Assembly (NCBI GenBank): GCA_964016885.1
Contig: OZ024740.1
Coordinates: 163,308,001-163,372,000, forward strand
Source: Eledone cirrhosa
Taxonomy: Eukaryota
Direction of reading: 5' to 3'
Length of the DNA stretch: 64,000 bases
In this document: positions 1-13,228 of the stretch, piece by piece
Numbering within the stretch: the stretch's first letter is position 1
How the letters are laid out: the number at the start of each line of letters is the position of its first letter
Notes under the pieces: model-generated
What the model was told of the DNA's origin: nothing
What the model saw: the letters and a program-made list of their open reading frames with translations, nothing else
The model's database searches: none
Position numbers and translations under genes: made by a program

Positions 1-343
1 TAAAAAAAAAAGTGACTTTTTATTACTTTGCTATTGTCACCATGTATCTAGCTCCATGTAATGATCAACTTTCTCAAATACAGATCCACTTCTTGCTATC
101 TTTTCTATATTATCCCAATTTTTTGTCACTGCCATTACCTTTTTTTTTTGTTACAATCATCTTTAAGCTAAAGGCCTTCATTGATCAATGCTTTTTTTAA
201 ATAAAGAAAAAGAAAATCCTGGAAAGTCTAAAAAAGTAGAGCCACTACAAATCAATGTATCTTCTGATTTGAATCTATTTGAATTTACTTTGTTTTAGAA
301 AATACTAATAATAATTAATGTAAAGTTTTTAACACTACTGTAG

Positions 344-690
344 GTGTGGGCATGACTGGCTGGTTAAGAACTTCACTTCACAATCATGAAGTGACAGCTT
401 CAATCCCATTGTGCAGCAACTTGGATAGTTGTCTTTACTATATATATAGTTTAACACAAGCCTTGTGAGTGAAATTGGAAAGACAGAAACTACATTAGAA
501 GCCTGTCAAATGAATTCTATCTATAATTTAAAGGTCCAGTCTTGTCATATACATCACTCTGATTCGGCTGGGAAATTATGTTACATGTGTTTGTAGAATT
601 CTCAACTACTTACACATTAATTCACAAGTTGGACAAAGTGTTTATCGAATAACTGAATGCTCATCATCGAAAGTGATGGTGGCTCTATTA
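344..690 (+). mobile_element. tRNA-derived SINE, decayed (family also at 20138, 34110, 55450)
   Basis: tRNA-like head (TGGCTGGTTAAG...TTCAATCCC); 3' body similar to the other copies (CCTTGT...TAGAATTCTCAACTACTT). Confidence 0.6.
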
Positions 691-799
691 TATTAGTTTC
701 ATATATATCCCATATAGACCCAACAGAGAGACCTGCCATAAAATTTGGCGACTGTATGATAAATAAAGCAATTAAGGAGATGCTAAAAGTAGGAAAGAG

Positions 800-1620
800 A
801 GTAGGAGGGTGATACCATATGGGAAGTGGCCTTGTTTGATATGTCAGAAAAGGAAGTGGGGGAAGAAATTCTATAAGGTGCACCCAGTGTCATTTTTGAA
901 TACAAGTGATATAATGGGATTGCAGGCAGGCTAACAGAAAAGATAGACTTTGTATGCAGCAGATGCAGGAGAAGTAAGCACTTAGAGCACAAGTGAAACG
1001 AATACCTTCAGTTGCCAGAGAGGCCCCTTAGAAATAGTTGACAGCTTTTGTTACCTAGGTGACCAAATTAGCAGTGGGGAAGGGTGCTCTTAAAGTGTGA
1101 CAGGTAGGATCAGAGCAAGCTGGAAGAAGTTTAGAGAGCTGTTACCTCTGCGGACAACAAAGTGCTTCTTGCTGAGAGAGAAAGGTAGATTGTATGATGC
1201 CTGTGTGCAAACTACAATGTCACATGGCAGTGGAATATGAGCCTTGACTGCAGAAGACCTGCAGAAGCTAGAAAGAAATGAATCGAGTATGCTTCCATGG
1301 ATATGTAATGTTAGTGTGCATGAATGACGTAGTATAAGTAAACTCAGAAAAACTTGGCAGAAGAGGAATTGGATGTAGTGTGCAAAAGAGAAGACTGTGC
1401 TGGTATGGATATGTGATGTGTATGGAAGATTGCAGTTGTATAAAAAAAATGCAAAGAAAACCCTAGTTTCTGGGACTCAAGGAAGAGGCAGATTCAGGAA
1501 ACTTGGGGTGAGGTTGTGAAGACCAACCTTAAAAAAACTAAACCTTACAACAGAGTTGAAAAAGGACAATGAGGGTTGGTGCTATACTGAGCTGGTGAAG
1601 ATCTGGCCAACAACATATAC
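800..1620 (+). mobile_element. RTE-clade LINE, 3' RT fragment with stops and frameshifts
   Basis: Manual translation EIVDSFCYLGDQISSGEG...RIRASWKKFRELLPL...KGRLYDACVQTTM, then GRGRFRKTW, typical of the RTE C-terminus. Confidence 0.85.
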
Positions 1621-2099
1621 AGTGACCTGACATATGTCTTGTCTCCATTTCTACTTGCACTCCCAAACAGCTATCCCCAGCTTCACTACCTCCACTCCAG
1701 CTATGCCCTCTCCAACTTCACTCATTAATTGCCACCCCTCTATAAACCTTAGATACCCTCACTATTGCACCCTAGTAGCTACTCTCTTCATCCCTATATA
1801 CCCCACCCATCCCACTTCGACTATTGCCTCCTTAGCTATTTTCCATCATAACACCTCCCCTTTCCAGTATTGGTGAGTACCATCACGCCCCACCCTGCGC
1901 AATTGACCAAACCATCCGCGCCTTCCACCACTATCTCCACATCAGTGTTCTCATCACCCAATTTCCTCCCGCTATGCTATCAAAAGTCATCCTTTCCTCT
2001 TCCATATTCATCACTCTGTCAAATCACACTACACTTGCCACAACGTCATACATATCCCCCTACTATCGTTCCCACCTACTCCACTCACAGAGAAGTGTA

Positions 2100-2400
2100 G
2101 GCTCTTCTGTTGGGACAAGGACCAACAACCACTCTAGCGTTGGGTGCCACGATAAACACCCAGTACACTCTGTAAGATGGTTGGTGACAGGAAGGGCACC
2201 CCACTGTAGAAATCATGCCTAAAAAGAGGGGAGAGGTTCTTTCAGTTGTGTCACGGCGTGACAACAACCCTGGTGTTGGTGATTTACATGATAAACACGT
2301 AGTGCATACTGTAAAGTGGTTGCTGATAAGAAAGGCATCCAGCTATAGAAATCTTGCCAAACAAAGGGTTGGGAGGACCGTTCAGTCATGTCACAGAGAT
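2100..2400 (+). repeat. Two tandem copies of a SINE/RTE-UTR-type motif
   Basis: GATAAACAC...GTAAGATGGTTGG...GGAAGGGCACCCC..TGTAGAAA occurs twice about 140 bp apart. Confidence 0.5.
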
Positions 2401-2744
2401 GTCAACCACTCTTGTCCATTCAACAGAACGCAAGACCCCACGTAAGCGAGATGCAGACTCCCCCCCCCCCGCCTGTATGGGAGGACAGTAGCTCCGATTT
2501 TGTACTGACTTGGTCAATGTAGACCAGTCCAACAATTGTTAACAGGGAAAGCGGACCTTGATGATGAGGGTGATGATACAGTAAACTCAGGTTACTATTT
2601 ATACTTACATGAAAACAAACTTCTGTTGTTTAATAATGGCCCTTCTCTATCGTTTTCAAATTAATGTCATTGAAAGGGGGATTTCATAAGCTATAATTCT
2701 TCTGGGATATGTTAGTAGACCTTGTTTTTAGGTAGAGTAATGAA

Positions 2745-2925
2745 TAAGAGAACCTGTATGCGGTCACTCAACCTGCTAGAAACAGAAGTCAAATCCTCAC
2801 CCCACCTATAATCATATCCCACCATCTTAGAAAAGATACACTGGATAAAATAAAAGGGGTGGTAACAGACAAAACACTTTTGATCATAGCTCTGTTCAAT
2901 CAGAACGAACCTGTGGCTAAACAGT
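2745..2925 (+). mobile_element. Short interspersed repeat (relatives at 33410-33610 -, 34600-34790 -, 36560-36720 +)
   Basis: Shared GGTCACTCAACCTGCTAGAAA(T/C)AGCAGCCAAAT...CCATCTTA...GATCATAG blocks. Confidence 0.55.
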
Positions 2926-3384
2926 CACCTTGACAAAAAACTTAACTCAACTAATTATATATTCAGCAATAAAATGCTTTAACATAGTTTTGATTATTCT
3001 GTAATTTATATTCCTGCTCTGTAAGACATCTGATGTATTTACATTGAGCTATTTTTCATACTGGTAAAATAAAAAATACTGACCCTTCTTGTTTATAATT
3101 ATATATAGTGTATATATAAGTATAAATAATATTATTATTATATATTCATAGTAAGTTTTGAACGCAGTGTTGCGAGATAATGAAATATACTTTAATCACG
3201 TTTCTTTAGTTACTAATATACACTGTACGATAGGAATTATTCATTGCTTGGAGAACTTAGTTTGTGAGAATTTAATTAAAATAATATGAGTCTTTGACAA
3301 ACATAGTTCGTTTGTTTCTTTATTTTTCTCACCATATAATCACTTCCAGTTATATAAATTGACTTTTATTCACAGTTGTATAAA

Positions 3385-3570
3385 ATTATAATTGTTTCTA
3401 CTTTTGCCACAAGGCCAGCAATTACCCCAGTGCATTACTGGTGCTTTATTTTATCGACCCCGTAAGGATGAAAGGCAAAGTTAACCTCGGTGGGATTTAA
3501 ACTCAGAACGCAAAGGGCCACAACTCTATGCTGTAAATCATGGTGGCTGACGCTCTACCGATCCTGCCAA
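3385..3570 (-). mobile_element. tRNA-derived SINE with Nin/Deu-like core
   Basis: Reverse complement reads GAGTTTAAATCCCACCGAGGTTAACTTTGCCTTTCATCCTTACGGGGTCGATAAAATAAAGCACCAGT. Confidence 0.8.
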
Positions 3571-3689
3571 TAATATAATGCTTACAGAACGAAAACACAA
3601 AACATAATATATACAAATATAAACGCATAAAAGAGAGATAAAAAAAACATTAAAAAGAAGAAAAAAAAGGAGGGGGGGGGGCAATTCAT

Positions 3690-3850
3690 CACCACGTGCG
3701 ACAATCGGCCGCACATCACGTCATGAGGGTTAATTAAACACATTAAGGCTAGCCAATACGCTCGCAGCCTTGCCACGGATGATGGCGAGGTTAAGGCGCT
3801 AAAACAACCAAGCACTCTCATGGGCATCACCTAACACCCCAGTCGGCTTT
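3690..3850 (-). promoter_or_regulatory. Candidate promoter / first exon of a leftward host gene
   Basis: Local CpG cluster with CACGTG, TCACGTCA and CCAAT; a GTAAGC donor-like site on the minus strand at about 3586. Confidence 0.25.
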
Positions 3851-4377
3851 ATAATGTTCCTTGTATTTAATACGTTGACACCAACCTAGAGTTACAATAT
3901 CTTGACAATATACACAGAAAAGGCTCTGGGCCATATGATCTATGGAGTCACTGGTTAGCCATAGAATATTCTAACAATTCATTAAGCTGAAACTGTAAAA
4001 ATTAGTATGACTCCATACTTATATTCAGAACCTAATATTTCATAACATTGTTTAACGAGTGTTTACAAATATCTTGCAGAAAATTAAATTTCCACTTAAC
4101 ATTGATATGCAATGTTCGGCTATTATTTTAAATATTTATTTAGGACAGGAAGCAATGTATATGTTAAAAGTACTGCTAGAGAAACATTTTATGTTGTACC
4201 AAACATATCTAACCTAATGCAAGTGAAATCTGTTAGGAAATATCCGTGATTTTAATGTCAGATGAAAAGATGAAGTTAACACTGGCTAGCAAGTGAAAAG
4301 GGAATAATTCCCTTTACTGGAAATAAAGGATCCCTTACAATTCCGGTTAGCTATATATATATATATATATATATATA

Positions 4378-4926
4378 CTAGCAGTTGCACGGGATAAGGT
4401 ATTTTGGAACGCGGGCGCCAACAAACCTAATCGTGGAAAAACTGAATGCCTGGACAATATGTAAAGAAAATAAACCGAATACTCTGATGACTGGATAATC
4501 TTTAAGATTTTCCTCGATGAAGCAGGAAAAATGCAGGTTTTCACCTAATCCGGACCCTAGGGGATCAAGAAAATGAATTTTTTTTTATGTGCATAATATG
4601 CCTTGAAATTTCGGGGAAATCGGCTACAAAAAAAGTCCTAAAATCTGAAAAAAATGGAGTTTTTCACCTAATGCGGGCCCTAGACCATAAAAAAGTTGGA
4701 TTTTCTTAGCTTACGGTATGAAGAAGAGACTGACTAATACATAGTTACAATTTCAAGGAAATCAGTCTGACGTAAAAACTAAAAAAAACGCTAAAAGCCT
4801 GAAAAAACGCAGTTTTCAACTAATAGGGGATCAAAAAGTTGAATTTTGCATAACACTCCCTGAAACATAAGTAATACACATGTAAAGTTTGAAAAAAGTC
4901 GGTTGGGTACTTCTCGAGTTTTAGGG

Positions 4927-5001
<75 letters not shown>

Positions 5002-5302
5002 TCCCCAGGGAAGTAACGTAATGCAGACAGTCAGACATACAGACAGTTATTATAAGGGCACGACGTTATATGTATGTATCTATCTAAAAAGAGAAAGACT
5101 AAGAATTATAGAGAGAGATCGCTAAATCGCCTAATGCGGACCCAGGGCATTGAAAATTTGAAATTTATTTTGCTCAGAACACTCTCTGAAACATAAGTAT
5201 TATATGTGTAAAGTTTGAAAACAGTCGGTTGAGTGGTTCTCGAGTTTTAGGCATTCAAACTCACACCACACAGACAGACATCCTCAGTTTTATATATATA
5301 GA
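4378..5302 (-). mobile_element. Non-autonomous Helitron with internal (CA)n
   Basis: Minus strand starts TCTATATATATAAAACTGAGGATG and ends CTAG; near-identical to 48409-49359. Confidence 0.8.
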
Positions 5303-5310
5303 TATATATG

Positions 5311-5354
<44 letters not shown>

Positions 5355-8300
5355 GCAGCGGAACATCTAGATCGCACCTAGATAGGGTTCTAGTTAGAAA
5401 TAAGGATAGGGACATGTTAAGCTGTCCACAAATGTTCATGGTTGCCTATTCAGATCACAAACTAGTGACCTGCATGGCCAACCTTGATAGAACCCATAGA
5501 CAAGGACTCGGCTACTGGAAACTGAACTTGTCGTTACCGACAAGCAAAGCCTGCAGTAGACGGATTAGCACTTTAGTTAAACAGCACTTGACAGGGGCCA
5601 TTGTCAACAACAGATGGTGGTACTCTCTCAAGAGGGCAGTGAGATTAGACTCGTTAGTTTTTAGTAAAGAATTAGCGTTAGATAGAAATAGAACCGAGAA
5701 GGAACTGGTAGATAAAGTAGAAGAGGCAATTAGAAGTGGCAACGTAGCTAGCGTGCTAGCAACGAGAACGGCCTTGGACGAGTTCTTCGACGCAAAGAAC
5801 GAGGGCTGCGTTGTCAGAAGCAAAATACGTGCTCTGGGAAACGAGGGAGCCAAAGCTGTTAGCTGGGCCCGAGTGACGGAGGCAAAAAGTGGCAACAAGT
5901 CCACGATTCGGTCTTTGAAGGACCAAAACGGACGCGTGATACGTGAGCCGAAGCAGATGTGTGCGGCCTTTCAGCGGCACTTTGCTCAACTGTGCGGGCG
6001 GGGCGGCGCGCCGGGAGGGGCTATGGATTTCGGTCCATACTTCGACGGCCTACCGCGACTCTCGGACAGCGAGGCAAAGTTCTGCGAAAAGCCGATTTCA
6101 GCCGCTGAGATAGGGGACGCGCTGAGCCAATGCGGCAAACGCAAATCTCCAGGTCTCGACGCTCTACCCTACGAATAAGTCCGGCATTTTACGTAGCAAT
6201 GCCGGACTTATTCTCCGGTCTCCTGGAAGCGGTCTACTGCAACTGGCAACAGAACGGGAGAATTCCCAGTTCTGTGACCGGGGGCGTAGTCACACTAGTC
6301 AGGAAGGACGAGAATACGGGGGACGACATAGGCAACTTCCGGCCCATAACTCTGCTAAACACAGAGTTACAGATTTGGGCCAAGGTGTTGGCAAAGAGGC
6401 TGGCGCTTGTCGTTGAGAACCTGGTGGGAGAAGCGCAGACATGCGCAATCCCGACCAGGTCCATACACGACAACCTCCACCTCATGCGATACATAATAGA
6501 GAGCGTAGGGTGTAAACACGGCTTCGGTTGGGCCCTGATCAACTTGGATCAGTCTAAGGCTTTCGATAGGGTTGACCATCGTTACCTGGATGCGGTGCTC
6601 GAGGCGGCAGGCTGGATTGCTGCAATGCACAACAGCAACATCTGCTCAAGAGTCAAGGTGAACGGCTACCTCTCGGAGCCGTTCCATATTAGCTATTGCA
6701 GGGCATCCCTCTGGAACCGGGACTGGGGAAAGCGGCGTCGGCCTACGGCGACGACGTGACAGTAATGGTGTCGAGCACCTCGCAAATTGAGGAAGTCGGC
6801 ACCTTACTGAAGGAATACGAAAGTTTCACAGGAGCGAAGCTGAACCGGGACAAGTCCATCGGTTTGCAACTCGGATCGTGGAGAGGCAAACCGATGCCTT
6901 CCGATGGCGTCGTTGGACGCTGGACGGAAGGACCGGTAAAGCTGCTCGGGGTCTGGTTTGGTCCGGACCTCCAGGTGGAGAAGAACTGGAACGAAGTGAC
7001 GGCCAAGGTGTTTGCACTCACCCAGAAGTGGGCCGAGTGCAAACTATCCTTGAAAGGTCGAGCGGAGGTGACGAACACTTTTATAGCGTCCGCCATCTAC
7101 TACCGCTTGACCGTCGTGCCTTGTCCAGCCAAAACGCTCGCCAAAATGGAGCGCACGCTCTTCCAATTCCTTTGGAAGAGGCGGGCTCCTTTGGTGAGAA
7201 GATCCATCTGCTGCCAACACCCTTCTAACGGAGGGCTGGAGATGCCGTGGTTGACGATGCGCAAACACGCGCTCAGGCTGCGGCATCTCTACGTATTCCT
7301 CACCGGACAACCGGTGTGGGCCCCGTTCGTGAGGCGAGCCTTCCCACGACTCGTCTCGCTGACCGAGCTGCAGTCCTGGGTCAAGCAAAGACCGAGGAAA
7401 TGGGCGACTGGCACATCGAATGTGCTCAGGCTCTCACAGCCCTCTGGCAGGCGGACCCGGCGATCATTGGAGACTCCACTTCGTCATTCTATAGAGGGTT
7501 GGTCCGCAGCAAGTGCGACGACGCGCTCGGTGAAACTCTAGGCGTAGAGGAAGATGAACTGGCCAGTCTGTTCGGTAGGACCTTCCGCCCGGGACCGATG
7601 GACAACTTCCAAAAGTCCCTGGCCTGGCAGTGCTACTGAGGAGCTCTACCAGTTCGAGACAAGCTCTACAGACATGGGCGCCCGGGCTGGGACCCTGCAA
7701 AAAAGATCTGTCCGAGGTGCGTGCGTAACGAAGAAACCGTCGCGCACGCATTCATACACTGCTCAGGCGTCACTGACCTGTGGGGCTATGTAGAACGACT
7801 ATTGTCGCGTGTGGGACCAATCCGGTTAACCACCGAGTCCATTGTCATGATCAAACCGCCACCCTCCTTCAAAAACGAAGGAGAGGCGGTTTTCCTTTGT
7901 GTGATAGCTATGGTGAAAGAGGTTGTATGGTGGACAAGGTTGAAAGGGCTGAGGTCAGACACCTTTCTCTCCGGCCAACAACTGATTCTTTTTTTCAAAT
8001 ACCACTTTGGAAGAAGAATCAGGATGGAGAGAGAGGTGCTGTACCCCAGCAAGTTTTATGAAAGGTGGGTGAAAGTGGCGAGAATGGCCCGAGTGAATGG
8101 GCCTTCTCTCTATATCAGCCTGTAGGTTGCGGAAAAGGAGGAGGAGAGGAAAGGAGTACAAACTCTTCGTACTCCTGGAGATGAGGGTTGCACATTTTTT
8201 TTCGGGGGTATGTGTTACCCATATAAACTGTCTCCCTCTATTGGGGAAAATCGACTAACTTTTTAAATTCCATTTGTGATAACATTTTACACGTTTTTAT

Positions 8301-8364
8301 TGTATGTAAACTTCCCCCTTTGTATTTGTCCCCTTCTTTTGTGCCCCTGTGGCTAATAAAGAAA
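5355..8364 (+). mobile_element. 5'-truncated Tx1/L1-clade LINE (APE end, RT, zf-RVT), frameshifted
   Basis: ORFs 5414-8125 show SDHKLV, GYWKLN, KSPGLDALPYE, NFRPITLLN, LDQSKAFDRV, AYGDD, KLLGVWF and C..C..EETVAHAFIHC; AATAAA near the 3' end; (TATC)n on both flanks. Confidence 0.95.
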
Positions 8365-8380
8365 TATATCTATCTATCTA

Positions 8381-8523
<143 letters not shown>

Positions 8524-8995
8524 CCACTGTGAAACCATAATACCTAGAATTAAGTATATTTTCTCTTAGAGGTTGATGGTCAATTATACTGTCCATGCTG
8601 AATGTGGGGTGGTATTGAGGCCTATTGATACTCACACTCTCCCAACCCCACTGGCTTTCGGCTGACTGCCACTGACGGGGTGGCTAGCAGTAAGCTATGT
8701 ATTACAGGCCTGAATAGGTCATTGTTTGGTTGAGAGGGGGAACTGCCTAGGTGAATTTCGTTGAACTCTGCGGTAGCTAATGGTCAACTTCCTTCGGACC
8801 TGCGAATGCGCAGACCGGTGGGGGTGAATTGGTACCCTCAAGGGAACGGACGAAGAACCCAAGAGCACACATTTCGTCCGTTCCCATGTCGATTCAAACT
8901 ACTTCGCTTTTCCTTATTCGATATTTACTCCGTCACTCCTATGTGGAATAAGTACGTTGAGTGCTTGAATTGAATTTCATCAATGTTTACCGTAA

Positions 8996-9065
<70 letters not shown>

Positions 9066-9110
9066 ATGTTAAATAAAAAGTCAAATGTTTAAAATTTAGC
9101 TTCGTTTATT

Positions 9111-9165
9111 ACTGCTATATATATTTCAGTGACAGCCATCTTTGGCTGTGACCTCTTCAGGCAGT
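9111..9165 (-). ncRNA. Minimal type I hammerhead ribozyme (mirror copy)
   Basis: Exact reverse complement of 9420-9474. Confidence 0.85.
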
Positions 9166-9419
9166 CCGAATTAGTCTGGTATAGACAAGTACATATGTTG
9201 TTGAGGTGTATAATATTGTCAATACTCTGATATGCCCAGTTCCTGGTTGGGTTGTTATTTCACTGAGGAACTGGAATCATATGAATTCAAACAAACGAAT
9301 TCATATGATTCCAGTTCCTCAGTGAAATAACAACCCAACCAGGAACTGGGCATATCAGAGTATTGACAATATTATACACCTCAACAACATATGTACTTGT
9401 CTATACCAGACTAATTCGG

Positions 9420-9474
9420 ACTGCCTGAAGAGGTCACAGCCAAAGATGGCTGTCACTGAAATATATATAGCAGT
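9420..9474 (+). ncRNA. Minimal type I hammerhead ribozyme
   Basis: ACUGC-CUGAAGA-GGUCACAGCCA aaga UGGCUGUCACU-GAAA-UAUAUA-UA-GCAGU; stems I and II pair, stem-III loop is palindromic, AATAAA follows. Confidence 0.88.
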
Positions 9475-9621
9475 AATAAACGAAGCTAAATTTTAAACAT
9501 TTGACTTTTTATTTAACTTTATTTTACATTACTCCGGAGTAACCAAACCAACCTGCGCACTTCGTCGAGTGCTCCAGCCTGCATACTTAGGTGTTGGTAT
9601 ACAACCAACATATACTCAAAA

Positions 9622-9657
<36 letters not shown>

Positions 9658-9759
9658 GCATCCGAAACGCTAAGACCCTCTTCCTGCTATATCAAGCGTT
9701 AACCTGATATATCCCTTCCATATACTGTACCGATTGTGTTGTTATTTCTGTTTACCTTT

Positions 9760-9850
<91 letters not shown>

Positions 9851-9878
9851 ATAAAGCTGACGGCCATATGTATGTATG

Positions 9879-12706
9879 TTCTTCTGGTTTTATAATTTCA
9901 CAAACTTTTACCAATAGAGAGAGAGTCGGTTTCTAACATAGACTCAAGACTATCTCATTGGAATTTACACAACGTCAACTAGGTAGATATGTATGCATGT
10001 CTACATGCATGCATGTGTAGATATGGATGTTATTGTATGTGTGGATGTGTATGTTTTGAGTTGTATGTGTGTATATGCTTAGTATCTGTACATGTTATTA
10101 GATGCAAAATGTTTGGAATGTTTTTAACATATTTTTCCTGTACCATTAATGGATTGTACTTGTAATTTCCTAACTAGTTGTGTTCTTTCTGTTCCTGTGA
10201 AGCCCAGCTCCTCAAGATTTGTATTGAGGCAGTTACTAACATATCCCAGTGCCCCAATAATCACAGGCATAAATCTGAAGGTGTAATCAGGGTGGAGTGT
10301 CTGCAGATTTCTCATCAGTTCTGCATAAATATTCTCCTTTTCACTAATCTTTGATATTATATTGGCATCTGCTGGGCAGCTAACTTCCACTACTGTGCAT
10401 GCCTTCGTTTCCCTGTCCCATATCATAATATCTGGTCTGTTAATCCTGCATTCTATTGGGGGTTTTACTGAAATATTCCAACAGTACTCTTTCATATTGT
10501 ATGTCATCCACATTGCTGTAGTTTTTAATGTGTTTATCATCGGGGCTATCTTTTCTACGGATTGCATTGTACAGTGTTTTGGCCACTACATCATGCCTCA
10601 TAGGCAGATAGTACCGCGAAGACATCTTTGGACAGCTGCTGATGACATGGGTGATATCCTCGATGATAGTTCTGCAGAGTCTGCACTTGTTATCACATCT
10701 AGGTGTTTTGCCTGCATCCCTATCTCTTTTGTGAATCAGGTATTTCGTGTTAATCTCCTGTTCTTGGATTGCAAAAGCGTATCCTTCAAAGTGCGAGCCA
10801 ATATAGCGGTTGTTGGTCCAAGATAAACTACATTCTTTTTCTATATTACTCTCACTCTGGAGCTTCCTGGCAACATATCCATGCTTGATTTTTTGCTGAT
10901 AAGCATGCAGTTTTTCATCCATGGATTCACTGCGATACTGCTGAGCGACTTCCCTGGGTGTGAGTTTTTGATTATCACACAGGGAATATCTCTCGAGGAG
11001 TTCCTTCCCAACTCTCATGATCTTATCAGATAGACTTGCTCGAGTGACGGGCTCCTACGCTTCGAGGTTCGTAGATGTTGTCGGAGGGATATGATGATAC
11101 ATTCAAATGCTCTCTGAACTGATGTTAGGCCTCTGCCTCCCTGCTTACGTTTCAAGTAAAGACGGTCTATGTCACTGTTGATGTGGAAGTTTACGGTGTT
11201 GTTTAGTATTTTTCGATTTCTAACATCAATCGCTCGGATTTCGTCTATCGTCCAATTGAGTATTCCAAACGTTGGTGTTAGGACAGGCACAGCAAACTCA
11301 TCGTGAGCCACTGTTTTGTTTTGCGCAGAGAGTTCCGATGACCATATCTTTCTTAATCGGGTGTAGTATTCCCTGGTTACGTGTTCCTTATTACAGACAC
11401 CATTATAGGATATGTTCTCATCTATCCCCAGTTATCTGTAGCAGTCCTCATCAGATATTGGTGAAACAGTTAGGTCATTGATACAAATGTTGCTAGATTG
11501 GGTTGTTGTTTTCCCCTGCTTTACAGTCATACATGAGTATTTATCTTGGCCAAACTCCATTCCTATATCCTTTGAGAACGTTGTAACCAGGTCAAGATTT
11601 TTCTTCATCCCATACATGTTCTTGGCATAGAGTTTCAGATCGTTCACAAAGAAATGATGGGTTAGGTTCGTATTTCTGTCCTCGTGTGAGCCAATGATGT
11701 ATCCTTCACATTTCTTGAGCAGAAAGAACAAGGGGTTTAAAAACAGTATGAATAATATCACAGAGAGACTGTCCCCCTGAAATATACCCCTGCAATATTT
11801 TATTTTATCAGTGACAATAGAGTCCTCCTTCTCTGTCTTTAACTTTAGGATAGTAGCCCAAGAAGAAGACATCTTCTTTATGGCTCTGATAATAATGTCT
11901 GGGACTTTTGAAAGTCGGAGGGCCTCTATCATCCAAGAGTAGGGAACATAATCGAAAGCTTTCCTGTAGTCCAGCCAGACTGTAGCCATATTCCTCCTAG
12001 GCTGTCGCACCTCTGACATCGCAGTTTTGTTGATTTGGAGTTGTTCAGCTCATCCCCAAACCCCTTTCTTTCCAGTTGCTTGTTCATCTGTGATGATGTT
12101 ATTATTTTCACAGTGATCTTGGAGGAATAGTTTCAGGCAGGCTGTATACATCCTATACACCAGGTTCTGGCATCCAATAAGTCGGTAGTTTTTTGCCAAG
12201 TGGGTGTCTTTGTTCTCGGGGACCAGTAATGTTTGTGCTAATGTCAACCATTCTGGTATAAGTGTATCTTCCTTAAGAACTTGTTGGTAGAGGTCAGTAA
12301 GATATCTCCGATAGAATATCAGTTTTTTGTACCAGTAGCCGACAATCATGTCTCTTCCTGGTGTTTTCTTATCTTGGAGTTTTCCTATCATAGTCTCAAG
12401 GGTATTTCGGATGTTTTTGTTGTAGTGTAGGAGCAATAGTTCTTTCGAATTTCTTTTAGCCACACTGCATCTTGGTTGACAGTCTTCTTTTCACCCCATA
12501 TTTTGCTCCAAAAGGAATCAATGTCTTTCTGGGATGGGGCCTCAGTGACACTTATTATTTTATTCTTCATATCTCTATAGACTGATATTTGGTTTCGTCA
12601 TAATCTTTTATTAAACACTTTTCTTTCATCTACCTTCTTCAGGTGTCGGCGTTTTTCGCTAACAGCTCTCAATTCTTGTTTGAGGGTGATCAGCTTATAT
12701 TGAAGA
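9879..12706 (-). mobile_element. R4/Dong-clade non-LTR retrotransposon (RT, CCHC, RLE), 5'-truncated and decayed
   Basis: WLDYRKAFD, GIFQGDSLS, FVNDLKLY, CRLC...HVISSC, RHDVVAK, NRPDIMIWD..VVEVSCP; paralogous to 44666-47908. Confidence 0.92.
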
Positions 12707-12900
12707 TACATAGCTATAACGTTGTGCGCTTATAATATCTGTCTGTAAGTCCTTATTAGGCATGGGGAGTGAACTGCCGATTAGATGGTAGCATTGGCCT
12801 TGTATTTTAAATGTTGTGAAATAACCATAGTCAATATGAACTTTTTCAGCTCCAAAGGACGTCATCTGAAACGCAGCAATATACCACATAACATTGCTTC
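12707..12900 (-). mobile_element. Helitron Rep/helicase N-terminal coding fragment
   Basis: FQMTSFGA...TFKIQGQCYHLIGSSLP matches the conserved Helitron_like_N-type motif. Confidence 0.8.
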
Positions 12901-13028
12901 GTTAGTACGGACTGTAAGTAGTATATTGATAAAAGCTGGAGGGTAGATTAGTTTCAAATAGTATCAATTTTTCTTTGTTCTGTAAAATCGAAGACTATAA
13001 AACGACTTTATAAAAGCTAACGCAATAT

Positions 13029-13228
13029 NNNNNNNNNNNNNNNNNNNNNNNNNNNNNNNNNNNNNNNNNNNNNNNNNNNNNNNNNNNNNNNNNNNNNNNN
13101 NNNNNNNNNNNNNNNNNNNNNNNNNNNNNNNNNNNNNNNNNNNNNNNNNNNNNNNNNNNNNNNNNNNNNNNNNNNNNNNNNNNNNNNNNNNNNNNNNNNN
13201 NNNNNNNNNNNNNNNNNNNNNNNNNNNN
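13029..13228. other. Assembly gap
   Basis: Run of N. Confidence 1.

Larger units (their letters stand above)
9061..9524. repeat. ~228-bp foldback inverted repeat with 8-nt spacer (PLE pseudo-LTR-like)
   Basis: 9061-9288 is the reverse complement of 9297-9524 (one mismatch seen); abuts (TA)n. Confidence 0.95.

Noticed and set aside
4484-4530. CTGATGA as a hammerhead core
   Set aside because: No paired stems, and the paralogous Helitron copy has CTGATGG.
10310-11455. CTGATGA matches inside the R4 element (also 46301)
   Set aside because: They lie in coding sequence with no stem II or GAAA geometry.
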